A stretch of DNA of 64,000 nucleotides from Ophelia neglecta (taxonomy: Eukaryota): NCBI GenBank assembly GCA_965285935.1, contig OZ260664.1, positions 108,190,001 to 108,254,000 on the forward strand, written 5' to 3'. The notes beneath the pieces are model-generated. The model did no database searches, had not been told where the DNA came from, and saw only the letters and a program-made list of their open reading frames with translations. This document shows, in pieces, positions 52,662 to 63,460 of the stretch. Every line of letters starts with the position of its first letter. The first letter of the stretch is position 1. The translations under genes were made by a program, and so were the position numbers.

Positions 52662-52937
52662 TCGCTGTCACTTTAGTGTCCTCTATAGAGGTTTCTCGGA
52701 GATACCACTCACTCTAAATGTACACTAGTCACCGTCATTTCACTCTCCTCAATAGAGGTGTCCCGGAGATACCTCTCACCCTGAATGAACACTAATCGCC
52801 GTCACTTCACTCTCCTCTATAGAGGTGTCCCGGAGAGAACACTGACTCTAAACGTACACTAATCGCCGTCACTTCCCTCTCCGCAATAGAGGTGTCTCGG
52901 AGAGACCACTCGCTCTAAATGTACACTAGTCACGTCC
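52631..52937. repeat. 67-bp tandem repeat, ~4.6 copies, overlapping the PTCHD3-like stop codon
   Basis: actctaaatg-like anchor at 52644, 52711, 52778, 52845 and 52912. Confidence 0.9.
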
Positions 52938-53034
52938 CCTGTATAATAATTCACACTGTTATTATATTTACTCACAGTACAATACCATAGAGAGTTGCAC
53001 CTTATACCACCAAGACCCATCGCCACTGCGTGTG

Positions 53035-53612
53035 GCAACTTAATAAATCCATCACCACCTATCGCCATATGGGATGGCAGTTTACTTAAACCATCGCCAC
53101 CACTTATCGCCATATGGGATGGCAGTTTACTTTAACCATCGCCACCACTTATCGCCATATGGGGTGGCAGTTTACTTAAACCATCGCCACCACTTATCGC
53201 CATATGGGGTGGCAGTTTACTTAAACCCTCGCCACCACTTATCGCCATATGGGATGGCAGTTTACTTAAACCATCGCCACCACTTATCGCCATATGGGAT
53301 GGCAGTTTACTTAAACCATCGCCACCACTTATCGCCATATGGGGTGGCAGTTTACTTAAACCATCGCCACCACTTATCGCCATATGGGATGGCAATTTAC
53401 TTAAACCCTCGCAACCGTAGCTGATGGCCGCTTATTTAAACCATCACCACCTGTCACCAAAGAAGATGGCCGCTAATTTAAACAATCACCACCTGTCTTC
53501 ATAGAAGATGGCCGCTTATTTAAACAATCACCATCTGTCTTCATAGAAGATGGCCGCTTATTTAAACCATCACCACCTGTCGCCAATCGGGACGGCAGCT
53601 TACGTAAGCCAT
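53035..53612. repeat. 45-bp minisatellite (gccatatgggatggcagtttacttaaaccatcgccaccacttatc), ~8 clean copies plus diverged copies
   Basis: Direct tandem copies with 15-aa periodicity in the ORF track. Confidence 0.92.
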
Positions 53613-55867
53613 AGCCTTTTTAGAAACGGCTTCTTAGCCGTCTAGACTCCAAACGGGATTGAAGCTTGTAGACTATATACTCCGTCTGCGGGAGGGGCCC
53701 TTTTCTTATCCATCAGTTAAATTTGGTAATGAAGACGTTGTCCTGATTATATTGACACCAGTATCATAGTTCAATGCGTTGAAACCCCATATATCGTGGT
53801 TGTCAAAACTAGAGTTATATATGTGAATGTAGGCCTACTATGAACTGTGTAGCAATGATAAAACACGTGAACTGAATACTGGAGATGAAATGTGAGTTGA
53901 TCAAACACATGAAAACGCGAGTCAGTCTACAGCTTCACCGTAATACACGGTATGGCTATTCTTGACCGTTAAAGAGTATTTGCGTCTGTACCTGTGACAT
54001 TTGGTTATAAATCCATACGGGAAACCCGTTAGGGGCATAGGGAAACCCGTGAGGGTTATGAACAGCGACAGACGGCGCTATTTTTGTCTATTGTTAGCTT
54101 GGAAAAGCTTATAAATACACGAAGATGTATCTCCAGTTGTATAATGGAAAGGCGGCATTTGATGTATTAATATCGACATGTATATACATATACATATTAT
54201 TGTATATTCAGCGTTGTATTTGTGAATCAGAGAGTAGCTCTCCCTCGGCGTCAGTGATCGTAGGTCCATCACACTATAACTATATAGGCCTATATTTACT
54301 GTAGATGAGATAAACGTACCAAGTTGCTGAGGAAGTCATGATAATTTATGTGCCTTCAACTAGTCGTCCTTGTAGGGCATAGCGAGGTGCACTAGGACAT
54401 TAGGTGCTTTGGGACTGGGCCTTTTTGGGTTAGTTTCTAGAGGCATTTCATTAATGATACCCTCAATGGGTCATAAGGGGGTACACTCAAGGATAAACCG
54501 TTTAACTGTTGGCAATGGAAGAAGCTGTTGAGAAATATTTAGATATGTCTTCTAATGTGATTGCTGTTCTAAAGAATCAAGAATATTCAAGATGGTAGCA
54601 TAGATTAAAAGTATAATATATTAGTTAACTTTATGGGAATAGATTCCCTCATTTATCTGAAGTCTCTTTGAGCTATTTAGGCATAAACTCACAAGGTAAA
54701 GATGGGGTGCATTGGAACTTACTTATCTGGGGTATGTTTGGGGTACTTTTGGGCAATTTCCCGATGTACCCAACTGTGGCCTACATTAAACACCGAATTT
54801 TCTCACATTTACAATACTTATAGTTCAGCATAATACTCAAGTCATTAGGGTCAGGTAAATATATACACGCATAAGTTTGCGAATCGTGTTCTAGCCTTCA
54901 ATGTGACATGTGTAGTGGTTTTTATTCTTGCAACATGTGGATACTTGGGGTATCTATTTTGAGTGTATGCCTCTGTGCACCGGCCCTTATATTAAATGTC
55001 ATGCGGCCGATTTTGTGTAATTATTATGGCTAAGAGGCCTGCATCTTGAATGGCAAGCAGGCTGACTTTCGTTATCAACATTATGACTCAGTCGTAAGGA
55101 ATGTTATGAGGAAAGTATAATTAATGGTTCTATTGTGTTGATGAATAATTATTGAATATAAATATACACATGTGTTTTAATGAATCATTGTAGATATACC
55201 ATCAAAGAGGTTAACACCTTAGCAATTTATCAAAACATAGAATGACAATTTTCAAATTTTAATTATCATAAGATACAATTTAAAATCCAAATAAAAAGGA
55301 CATCACTTCACATGTTGAAAAAGCGGAAGTGGACACCGTAACAGCTTTGTTGAATGGCCTATTGGTAAAAAAAGGTAGGGAAGTTTGCCAGGCACATTGG
55401 CCAATGCATGTTGGCCATTGTCTAACGCATGTTTGCAAAGGAATGTTGGTGAACATAGGAAATAACAAAGCTATCCTATGGAAGACGGTTAACGAAAGAG
55501 GTTTTTACTAGGCAATTGTACATTAAGGAAAAACAACTTTTAACGCCAGTAGCCAAATATCCTTGGCAGAAGAATATAGCATGTCTGATTTCCGCCTATA
55601 AAGGTGTCTCTGGTAAACATTCTGTAATTACTATATTTTATTGTTGCACTTGCAATCTATGTTTTAACGGTATAGCATCATTTATTGAAGTAATCATATA
55701 AGTATATGTCAATGTGTGAGGCGCAGCAATGTCGGGTGAAAGTGAATAAATGAATGTTTAACCACTGAGCAATGTTGTCTTTCTTTGCAGACTTACAGCC
55801 TGAATATATCTGTACTTTTCCTAAACCATAAGTTTATATTTCCGAATACATTTGTACAGTTTTTATT

Positions 55868-56000
55868 ATATATGTTTGCTGTTCTGTTTAATTCTATACT
55901 GTTCCTATAACATATGTTTACTGTTCTGATTATTTCTATACTGTTCCTGAAACATATGTTTCCTATTGTGATTATTTCTGCAATGGTACTATAACGTATA
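55868..56000. repeat. degenerate 42-bp tandem repeat, ~3 copies
   Basis: tatgttt at 55871, 55913 and 55955. Confidence 0.7.
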
Positions 56001-56790
56001 ACCTCTATTACCAAATGTAGTTGATCTCGTATAGGGAAGCCGTTTCATTGGAGGGTTTAAAAGCCCTTTTTATACATCTATTAAGCCACTACACTTTTAC
56101 AAACCTCCTGTAATGCTGTTAAGTCAGACTAAAGCATCCATACGCTTAGACAACTTGTAAGTAATGAAGCCCAATAACTTTTTTTTGGTACCATAACTGC
56201 ATGCTTATAAAAAAATGAACTATTTTGATAACGAAATATGGTATATACTCAACTTATAGACTCTTAATGGCACATATTGTGCTAATGTGTCCTGAAACCC
56301 AAAGTCAAAATCCTACCTTATAATATATGTTTCTACCTACAATCTGTTTTAATTTCAGGTTTTTGTACGTCTATGTACGTTTATGAAGGTGTCTATCACC
56401 TCGAGGACAATCCATGGACAGTCCATTCTACAAACAGCAGTTACTACTTAAAAATATGTAATGGTGCAATCCACATATTGCCACTACTTGGGTGTGTGGT
56501 ATATTGACCTACTTCATCCTTAGAAAAATATGTACCGGCACTACTACACATAATATAACTCAAAGGCATGGGAGCATGAGATTTTATCCACCATTATGTT
56601 ATATTCCAAAATATTAGTTCAATATCAATCTAATATCATTTTAACTACAAATAACTGTGTAATTATTGGTTGAAAATATGCACTATGATGACCAATTAGC
56701 TTGCACGCTAAACGTGGTTCTCTGGACATAGAACTGGACTGTCGCGGATCTAGTTTCACAGCTAACAGATGTCGTCTGATTAAAGAAGGG

Positions 56791-57171
56791 TGTTACGGCA
56801 GATATCAGTAGTGTTGCGGATGAAGTCAGTAGTATAATATATTTTGTCGTTGATGTGAGAGTCGCCGTAACAGTGCGCCATCTATAGTATAACTATGTAG
56901 TCGTGTCACAGGTCACGCTATATCACGTGTTAGAGATGTTAGAGATCGGAAAATGTCAGCGTCGGACGTATGTCAGGTCATCTGTCGCTATATATGTACA
57001 ATAATGTGTAAGTAGGTTGTCCTAAAGTATGTAATTTGTAAGTTGGTTCCGTCTTCGTCCGGTCATCTTGTAATTTGTAGGTTTTATGTAAATTTTGTAT
57101 GTTTTTCTTGTAGTAAACCGAATCAATATGAACTGAAGAAAACTTGAGGTTTTGTGTTTCTTGACGTTACA
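56791..57171 (+). repeat. 5' LTR (381 bp)
   Basis: tgttacggca...gacgttaca. No difference from the 3' LTR found by eye. Confidence 0.97.
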
Positions 57172-57196
57172 ACGAGTTTAACATTAACATGATCAG

Positions 57197-60100
57197 ATGA
57201 TGGCGGCCAAGGAACCGGCGGAGAATGGGGTACCTACGACTGAAGTTTCGAATGTGGAGGTAGGCCTGCCTGTACAACAGCTAGACGAAGCTGCAGGTGG
57301 TCTCGGGCCACGACCAGATCAGCCGACACATGTCGACGTGTACAAGATTCAACAGGCGTGCTATGGGTATACAGGGCAACTTACTCGCAGATATCGTGAC
57401 ATTGAACGCATGATGTTGGATTTCCGTAACAAGGACAAGGTGGTCAACGCTTCAAAGTCACTGGACATACTATTCGCCACGTTTTTGGAGAAGTTGGGAC
57501 AATACAGGACATTAGCTTTGGCGGGACAAACCGACCGGTATGTAGATTTTGACTCTGCCATTTCTAGTAAGGCTGAATTTGACAACTATCTCATGGAGTG
57601 GCTGTATAAGGCAAACCCACAGCCAGACCTACCGCCAAAGCCTCAGAGAGGAGGGGCCAGTTCAGTCACATCAGACAGAAGCGACACCAAAACAAACACT
57701 ACTACTTCATCAGTAAAAAGGCTTCGTGATGCTAGGATAAAATTGAAATTGGCCCAATTTGAATGTCAGTTGTGGGAGGAAGAACAAAAGTTGGAAAAGG
57801 CAAGAAAAGCCCAGTCTGTCATAACACAGGAACCATACATCTTGCCACTGGTGAATCCAACAGGAGGGAGATCTACAGATCACATTGGGGAAGTTCAAGG
57901 ACATTTACAACAACCATACTACTCTGTACAGTTAAAACCCACAGTAGGGAGTTCAGCAGTGATTCAACCTGGACAGGCTCAAGGCCAGGTGAAAGTGTCT
58001 GTTACTCAGACGGCGGTTTCTGTACATGGAGGTGGTCCTAGTTTAACTGATATGTCAGTCTCTTCACATGTATTTAATCCATTGTATTCTCCCAATGTAA
58101 CTGTTACATCACATGTCCCTACTGTTTCAAATGTTTCTAGAAATACACCTACCTGTTCACATGTAACAAATGGTATGCATGTACCTATTGTATCACATAA
58201 GGTTTATCAGGATCAAGGTAACAAAGGTGTCAACACTAATCTTCAGCCAGGTAGGCTTGATCCAGTCTCAGTGAATTATGGTCACGGCATAGCGTGCCAG
58301 CCAAATGTAAATGCTCATGTGCCAATTGTAAATCAAACTCCAGTACAGGATTTGAATGCATTGTTGTTTTCAGTAAACATGCCAAAACCAGAAGTGCTTA
58401 CATTTGATGGTAATCCAGGAAATTATAGTATGTTTATGAGTAGTTTTAACGTGAATATTCATAACAGAGTACCTGATGATCAGACTAGATTAACCTACCT
58501 TGTACAATTGTGTAAAGGAAAGGCCAAGGAAAGTATTCAGTGTTGTATACTTCTGTCAAATGGGTATTCAGAGGCAAGAAAGATTTTGTATGAACAGTTT
58601 GGACAAGCACATATGGTCACACAGACTTTATTGGATAAACTTCTCAACAGGCCACGCATCAGAGACAATGATGGAGAAGCTATGTGGGATCTTGCTAGGC
58701 AAATGAAAAAATGTGAATTAGCTCTTGTTCAAGTAAATCAGAGTTCAGATATGCATTGTAGTGAAACTATGTTAAAGGTTCAGTCTTTATTGCCCAAGAA
58801 ATTACAGTCTGATTGGGCAAAAAGAGCCCATGATCTCTTTCAGCAGGGTATTGTGCCAGATTTTTGTAAACTCACTGAATTTGTACAAAGGTCAGCTCAT
58901 GTTGCTAGTACCATGTATGGGAAAAATGTAGGAGTAGGCATAGGTGTACAAAGAACAGATAGAGTAGTACAAGGTAAACAGGGACACTCTAAGTCAGGAG
59001 TTGGCTTAAATACTCAGTCCAGACCACAAAACTTTCGCCAAGGTGATAAGGGGTCCATTGCCAAAGGGACTTTTAGTCAGGGTAAGGGCATATTGGAAAA
59101 TTGTTATCACTGCTCGGGAAACCATGGTTTAGAAGACTGTGGAAAATTTAAGTCTCTGAGTATGGAAAGTAGGATGTCAGTTACAAGGAATCACAGATTG
59201 TGTAACAACTGTTTACTTCCATTTCACTTTGCAAAAGGGTGTTTGAAGGGGTCTATGTGTGACAAGTGTCCAAAGAGACACCACACACTACTGCATTTCG
59301 AGTATGACACACAGGTTAAGCAGACCAAAGGGGCCGGCAATGGGGTTCCTGTTGTTCAAAAGGTATTGTCACATGACAAGGAGGCTCAGAAAGATCTAGG
59401 TGGTAGTAGTCACAGTGAAAGTGGTAAGGCAAAGTCAGACAAAGTGGTTAGTCAGAATATGCCTGTATCTGGTGGATGTAATACCACAAAGGGTGATCCT
59501 AGAGCAGTCTCTGTGCGGGTTGTCCCAATCTGGGTGTGTAATGGTGACAAGAGGGTGAAGACACTCGCTCTGCTAGATCAGGGTAGTGATATCTCTTTGT
59601 GTGACAATGACTTGGTTAGTGAACTGGGGATTGAGGGAGTGAAAAGGAATTTTTCTTTGTCAACTATTTTGGGTCCAGGAACTTTCTCTGAAGGCTTAGA
59701 GGTGAATCTCACTATAGAACCAATATCAGGAGATGATACAATTGCGATGATAGGTGCATGGTCGATGGACTTTCCGCCAATGGTTAGTAGTGTGCCAAAG
59801 TCACTGGCAAACTGGCCTCATCTAGTTGATCTTGAATTCCCTGAAATCAATCAAAGGGACAAAATTAAGCTGCTTATTGGGGCAGATGTCCCAGAAGCCT
59901 TTTGGGTATTGGAGGAGAGACGGGGAGAAAGAAAGCAGCCTTATGCCATAAAGACTCCATTAGGATGGACACTGTTGGGTCCTGTTGAGAATGGAGAAGT
60001 TAGTGACAGAGGGGCTTCCTTTCGGGTCTCATCTTCTGATGACTTACTTATACAGCAGGTGAAAAGGTTCTGGGAAACAGATTTTGGTGATCAATTGGTA

Positions 60101-63100
60101 GAAAATGAAAGTGATCTGTCAGAGTCAGTTGAGGATGCTAGGGCAAGGACACTTATGGAACAAACCATATCCTTAGTGGACGGCCACTATAAACTTGGTT
60201 TACCATGGAAATCTGTGCCAGCGTTTCCTGATAACAGAGATCAAGCTATGAGAAGGCTCATGCTTTTGAAGGCTAGATTTAAAAAAGATCCTTTGTTATT
60301 TGAGAAGTACAGGTCTGCTATGAAAACACATTTTGACCTTGGCCATGCCACTAAGGTGGAAAGTATTTCTGAGGCGTCCGAGGCTAGTAAGTCCAATATT
60401 CAGGGGAATAGTAAGCCAGCTCCTAATGATGACCAAATATGGTATTTGCCTCATCACCCTGTTCTGAACCCCCACAAACCAGACAAGTTGAGAATAGTAT
60501 TTGATTGTGCTGCCAAGTTTAGGGGAGTGTCTCTTAATGAACAGTTGTTGACAGGCCCTAACTTGACTAACACATTGGTGGGTGTTTTGACTAGATTTCG
60601 CCAACATCGGGTAGCATTTGTCGCTGATATTGAAGGAATGTTTTTGCAGGTAAAAGCTCTGGATAAGGATTGTGAAGCACTCCGGTTTCTCTGGTTTGAG
60701 AATGATGATTTAGATAAGGAACCAATTGATTGTAAAATGTTGGTACATCTGTTTGGGGCGAAGTCCTCGCCGAGCTGTGCAGGGTTCGCACTTCATAGGA
60801 CAGCATTGGATAATGCAGTCGAATTTGACCACAAAACTGTGCAGACAGTTCTGGACAGTTTTTATGTTGATGACTGCTTGCACTCGGTTGATGAGAGTTT
60901 CGAGGCAACTAGACTCATTACTCAATTGTGTGACCTGTTAGCGAAGGGTGGCTTCAGGTTAACCAAATTTGTCAGTAATGACCACAGTGTCATTTCTTCT
61001 GTTCCTATCTGTGATCTAGCATCATCTGTCAGAGATTTGGACTTGGATCAGTGTCCTGTAGAGAAAACACTGGGACTGATATGGGATGTTACTGGAGACA
61101 GGTTTCGATTCAGAACAAAGGTGAAACCTAATCCTGTATCACGTAGGGGTGTCTTGTCGACCCTAGCTAGTTTGTATGATCCTTTAGGATTCTTGGCCCC
61201 AGTCACTTTGCCAGCAAAGCAGATCCTTCAGGGCATGTGTCAGAGTGGTTTAGGTTGGGACGATTGTTTATCAGGAGAACAATTAATCAGGTGGCAGGAG
61301 TGGCTAGAGGAAGTTCCTCTGCTAGCAAATGTATCAATCCCCCGAGCTTATGTCCCTCAGGATACTACTTGTGATATAGTTTCTCGTGAGTTGCATCATT
61401 TTGCAGATGCATCCACGAGTGGGTACTCTGCTGTCAGTTATTTAAGGTCAATTGATAACTTTGGTGACATTTTTGTGTCTTTTGTGCATGGGAAATCTAG
61501 ATTGTGTCCCATGAAAGCAATCTCAGTCCCGAGACTTGAATTGTCAGCAGCAGTTTTAGCTGTCAAATTAGAGCTCATGATTAGGACTGAATTGCGGTTG
61601 GAGGTGAATTGTAGTGTGTTTTGGACTGACTCGACTGCAGTGTTGATGTACCTGCAGAATGAGAATAAGCGGTTCCATACATTTGTTGCAAATAGAATTG
61701 CTAAGATTCACAGTGCTACAGAAGTCTCACAGTGGCGATATGTGAATACAGATTTGAATCCAGCTGATGATGGTTCTCGTGGTATGCGAGCTACTGATTT
61801 TACTGACAACTGTAGGTGGTTGGTGGGGCCAGAGTTTCTGTGGCAAGACGAATCTAACTGGCCCAAGATGCCAGAGGCTCTACTTAACAAAGGTCATATT
61901 GAGGAGGAGTTAAGTAGCGATCAGGAGGTTAGAATTGTACGGGCTACTTTGGTTGTTGAACCACAGGAAACTGATATCCTGTCAGAAATTTTTAGTGGTA
62001 TCAGTTCCTGGCACCGTTTGAAAAGATGCGTTGCCTGGTGGTTGAGATACAGAGAATGTTTGCTTACTAGAACAAAGGGATTGTCAGGTGACAGCAGGGA
62101 ACTTGTCTTGTCAGTGTCTGAGTACCTCGAGGCTGAGGAACATATCATCAGGTGGCTTCAAAGTGTTATGTTCTCCGAGGTCCTGGAACTCGTCAGGGCA
62201 GGAAAATCTTTACCCTCAAAATTTGTAGCTCTACGTAAGTTGTGTCCTGTAGTCAAGGACAAAGTACTTCGGGTAGGCGGACGCCTACAACATGCTCCTA
62301 TTGATGAGGATTCAAAACATCCTATCATACTGCCAAATCATTACATCACACATCTCATTATTATTCACCATCATCATTTGGTTGGGCATTCAGGATTTGG
62401 TCTAACTTGGTGTTCAGTCAGGGATAAATTTTGGATCCTAAAAGGAGCTGCAGTTGTGCGCCATGTTCTGAATAAATGTTTTCTGTGTAAAAGGCGAAAT
62501 GCAGAGCTAGGCCAGCAGTACATGGAAGAACTGCCACCGGCTAGAGTTACCCCTGGTGACCCACCATTCACTCGGGTCGGCCTGGACTATTTTGGTCCAT
62601 TTCTAGTGAAACAGGGCCGTAGCCAGGTAAAAAGGTATTGTTGTTTGTTTACGTGTATGGCCATACGAGCTGTACATATTGAGGTTGCATTTTCTCTTGA
62701 ATCAGATTCGTTTTTGAATGCATTCCGCAGATTCTGTTCAAGGCGGGGTACGCCCTTGGAGGTTTTTAGTGATAACGGTACTAATCTGGTTGGAGGGGAA
62801 AGAGAGCTTAGAGAGTCCATTGCACAATTCAACCAACAGAGAATTAGTGGGTTTATGGTCCAAAAACTTGTTCAGTGGCATTTTAACCCTCCCACAGCCA
62901 GTCATATGGGAGGAGTTTGGGAGAGAATGATCAGGTCTGTCCGTAGAATATTCCAGTGTTTGTTAGGTGAGCAATGTCTGACAGACGAGACACTTTTGAC
63001 ATTTATGACAGAAGTTGAATTCATTCTAAATTCAAGGCCATTGACACCAGTGACTCAGGAGAGTGACTGCGAGAAACCTCTCACCCCTAACCACTTATTG

Positions 63101-63460
63101 CTCTTGCGATGCCCCTCTACAGCATCACCTGGGATATTTGAAAAGAGAGATTTGGTTTGTCGTCGCCGTTGGCGACAAGTACAATACCTTTCAGACCAGT
63201 TCTGGCGACGCTGGGTGAAAGAGTATTTGCCAATCCTCCAACTGAGAAACAAGTGGTTCAACTTCAAGCCAAATTTTGAAGTTGGAGATTTAGTTTTGGT
63301 AGCTGATGAGAATTTTCCCAGGGGACAGTGGCCTTTGGGGAGGGTGACTAGTGTATTTCCAGACAAAGGAGGTATAGTCCGTCAAGCGGAAGTGAGGGTG
63401 GGGTATCGGTACTTAAGGCGTCCCATTACCAAGCTATGTTATCTTGAAAACTCATGTTAA
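57197..63460 (+). CDS. BEL/Pao gag-pol polyprotein (Gag, 3 Cys-His boxes, aspartic protease, RT, RNase H, integrase), 2087 aa
   Basis: Gag: FDGNPGNY; zinc knuckles CYHCSGNHGLEDC, CNNCLLPFHFAKGC and CDKCPKRHHTLLH. Protease: ALLDQGSD. RT: WYLPHHPV, LRIVFD, FYVDD. RNase H: FADAS, PRLEL, WTDS. Integrase: DYFGP, SDNG, WERM. The PR-RT-RH-IN order with triple Cys-His boxes is typical of BEL/Pao. Confidence 0.97.
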   Translation: MMAAKEPAENGVPTTEVSNVEVGLPVQQLDEAAGGLGPRPDQPTHVDVYKIQQACYGYTGQLTRRYRDIERMMLDFRNKDKVVNASKSLDILFATFLEKLGQYRTLALAGQTDRYVDFDSAISSKAEFDNYLMEWLYKANPQPDLPPKPQRGGASSVTSDRSDTKTNTTTSSVKRLRDARIKLKLAQFECQLWEEEQKLEKARKAQSVITQEPYILPLVNPTGGRSTDHIGEVQGHLQQPYYSVQLKPTVGSSAVIQPGQAQGQVKVSVTQTAVSVHGGGPSLTDMSVSSHVFNPLYSPNVTVTSHVPTVSNVSRNTPTCSHVTNGMHVPIVSHKVYQDQGNKGVNTNLQPGRLDPVSVNYGHGIACQPNVNAHVPIVNQTPVQDLNALLFSVNMPKPEVLTFDGNPGNYSMFMSSFNVNIHNRVPDDQTRLTYLVQLCKGKAKESIQCCILLSNGYSEARKILYEQFGQAHMVTQTLLDKLLNRPRIRDNDGEAMWDLARQMKKCELALVQVNQSSDMHCSETMLKVQSLLPKKLQSDWAKRAHDLFQQGIVPDFCKLTEFVQRSAHVASTMYGKNVGVGIGVQRTDRVVQGKQGHSKSGVGLNTQSRPQNFRQGDKGSIAKGTFSQGKGILENCYHCSGNHGLEDCGKFKSLSMESRMSVTRNHRLCNNCLLPFHFAKGCLKGSMCDKCPKRHHTLLHFEYDTQVKQTKGAGNGVPVVQKVLSHDKEAQKDLGGSSHSESGKAKSDKVVSQNMPVSGGCNTTKGDPRAVSVRVVPIWVCNGDKRVKTLALLDQGSDISLCDNDLVSELGIEGVKRNFSLSTILGPGTFSEGLEVNLTIEPISGDDTIAMIGAWSMDFPPMVSSVPKSLANWPHLVDLEFPEINQRDKIKLLIGADVPEAFWVLEERRGERKQPYAIKTPLGWTLLGPVENGEVSDRGASFRVSSSDDLLIQQVKRFWETDFGDQLVENESDLSESVEDARARTLMEQTISLVDGHYKLGLPWKSVPAFPDNRDQAMRRLMLLKARFKKDPLLFEKYRSAMKTHFDLGHATKVESISEASEASKSNIQGNSKPAPNDDQIWYLPHHPVLNPHKPDKLRIVFDCAAKFRGVSLNEQLLTGPNLTNTLVGVLTRFRQHRVAFVADIEGMFLQVKALDKDCEALRFLWFENDDLDKEPIDCKMLVHLFGAKSSPSCAGFALHRTALDNAVEFDHKTVQTVLDSFYVDDCLHSVDESFEATRLITQLCDLLAKGGFRLTKFVSNDHSVISSVPICDLASSVRDLDLDQCPVEKTLGLIWDVTGDRFRFRTKVKPNPVSRRGVLSTLASLYDPLGFLAPVTLPAKQILQGMCQSGLGWDDCLSGEQLIRWQEWLEEVPLLANVSIPRAYVPQDTTCDIVSRELHHFADASTSGYSAVSYLRSIDNFGDIFVSFVHGKSRLCPMKAISVPRLELSAAVLAVKLELMIRTELRLEVNCSVFWTDSTAVLMYLQNENKRFHTFVANRIAKIHSATEVSQWRYVNTDLNPADDGSRGMRATDFTDNCRWLVGPEFLWQDESNWPKMPEALLNKGHIEEELSSDQEVRIVRATLVVEPQETDILSEIFSGISSWHRLKRCVAWWLRYRECLLTRTKGLSGDSRELVLSVSEYLEAEEHIIRWLQSVMFSEVLELVRAGKSLPSKFVALRKLCPVVKDKVLRVGGRLQHAPIDEDSKHPIILPNHYITHLIIIHHHHLVGHSGFGLTWCSVRDKFWILKGAAVVRHVLNKCFLCKRRNAELGQQYMEELPPARVTPGDPPFTRVGLDYFGPFLVKQGRSQVKRYCCLFTCMAIRAVHIEVAFSLESDSFLNAFRRFCSRRGTPLEVFSDNGTNLVGGERELRESIAQFNQQRISGFMVQKLVQWHFNPPTASHMGGVWERMIRSVRRIFQCLLGEQCLTDETLLTFMTEVEFILNSRPLTPVTQESDCEKPLTPNHLLLLRCPSTASPGIFEKRDLVCRRRWRQVQYLSDQFWRRWVKEYLPILQLRNKWFNFKPNFEVGDLVLVADENFPRGQWPLGRVTSVFPDKGGIVRQAEVRVGYRYLRRPITKLCYLENSC

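Noticed and set aside
53074-53424. His-rich 15-aa repeat ORF
   Set aside because: Translation of the 45-bp minisatellite downstream of the real stop.
54693-54780. Minus-strand exon candidate (AG...GTGAGT)
   Set aside because: 88 nt, no recognisable protein and no supportable partner exons.
57201-57212. TGGCGGCCAAGG as a tRNA-Lys-like PBS
   Set aside because: It lies 30 nt from the LTR, inside the ORF, and is mismatched. A functional PBS must abut U5.
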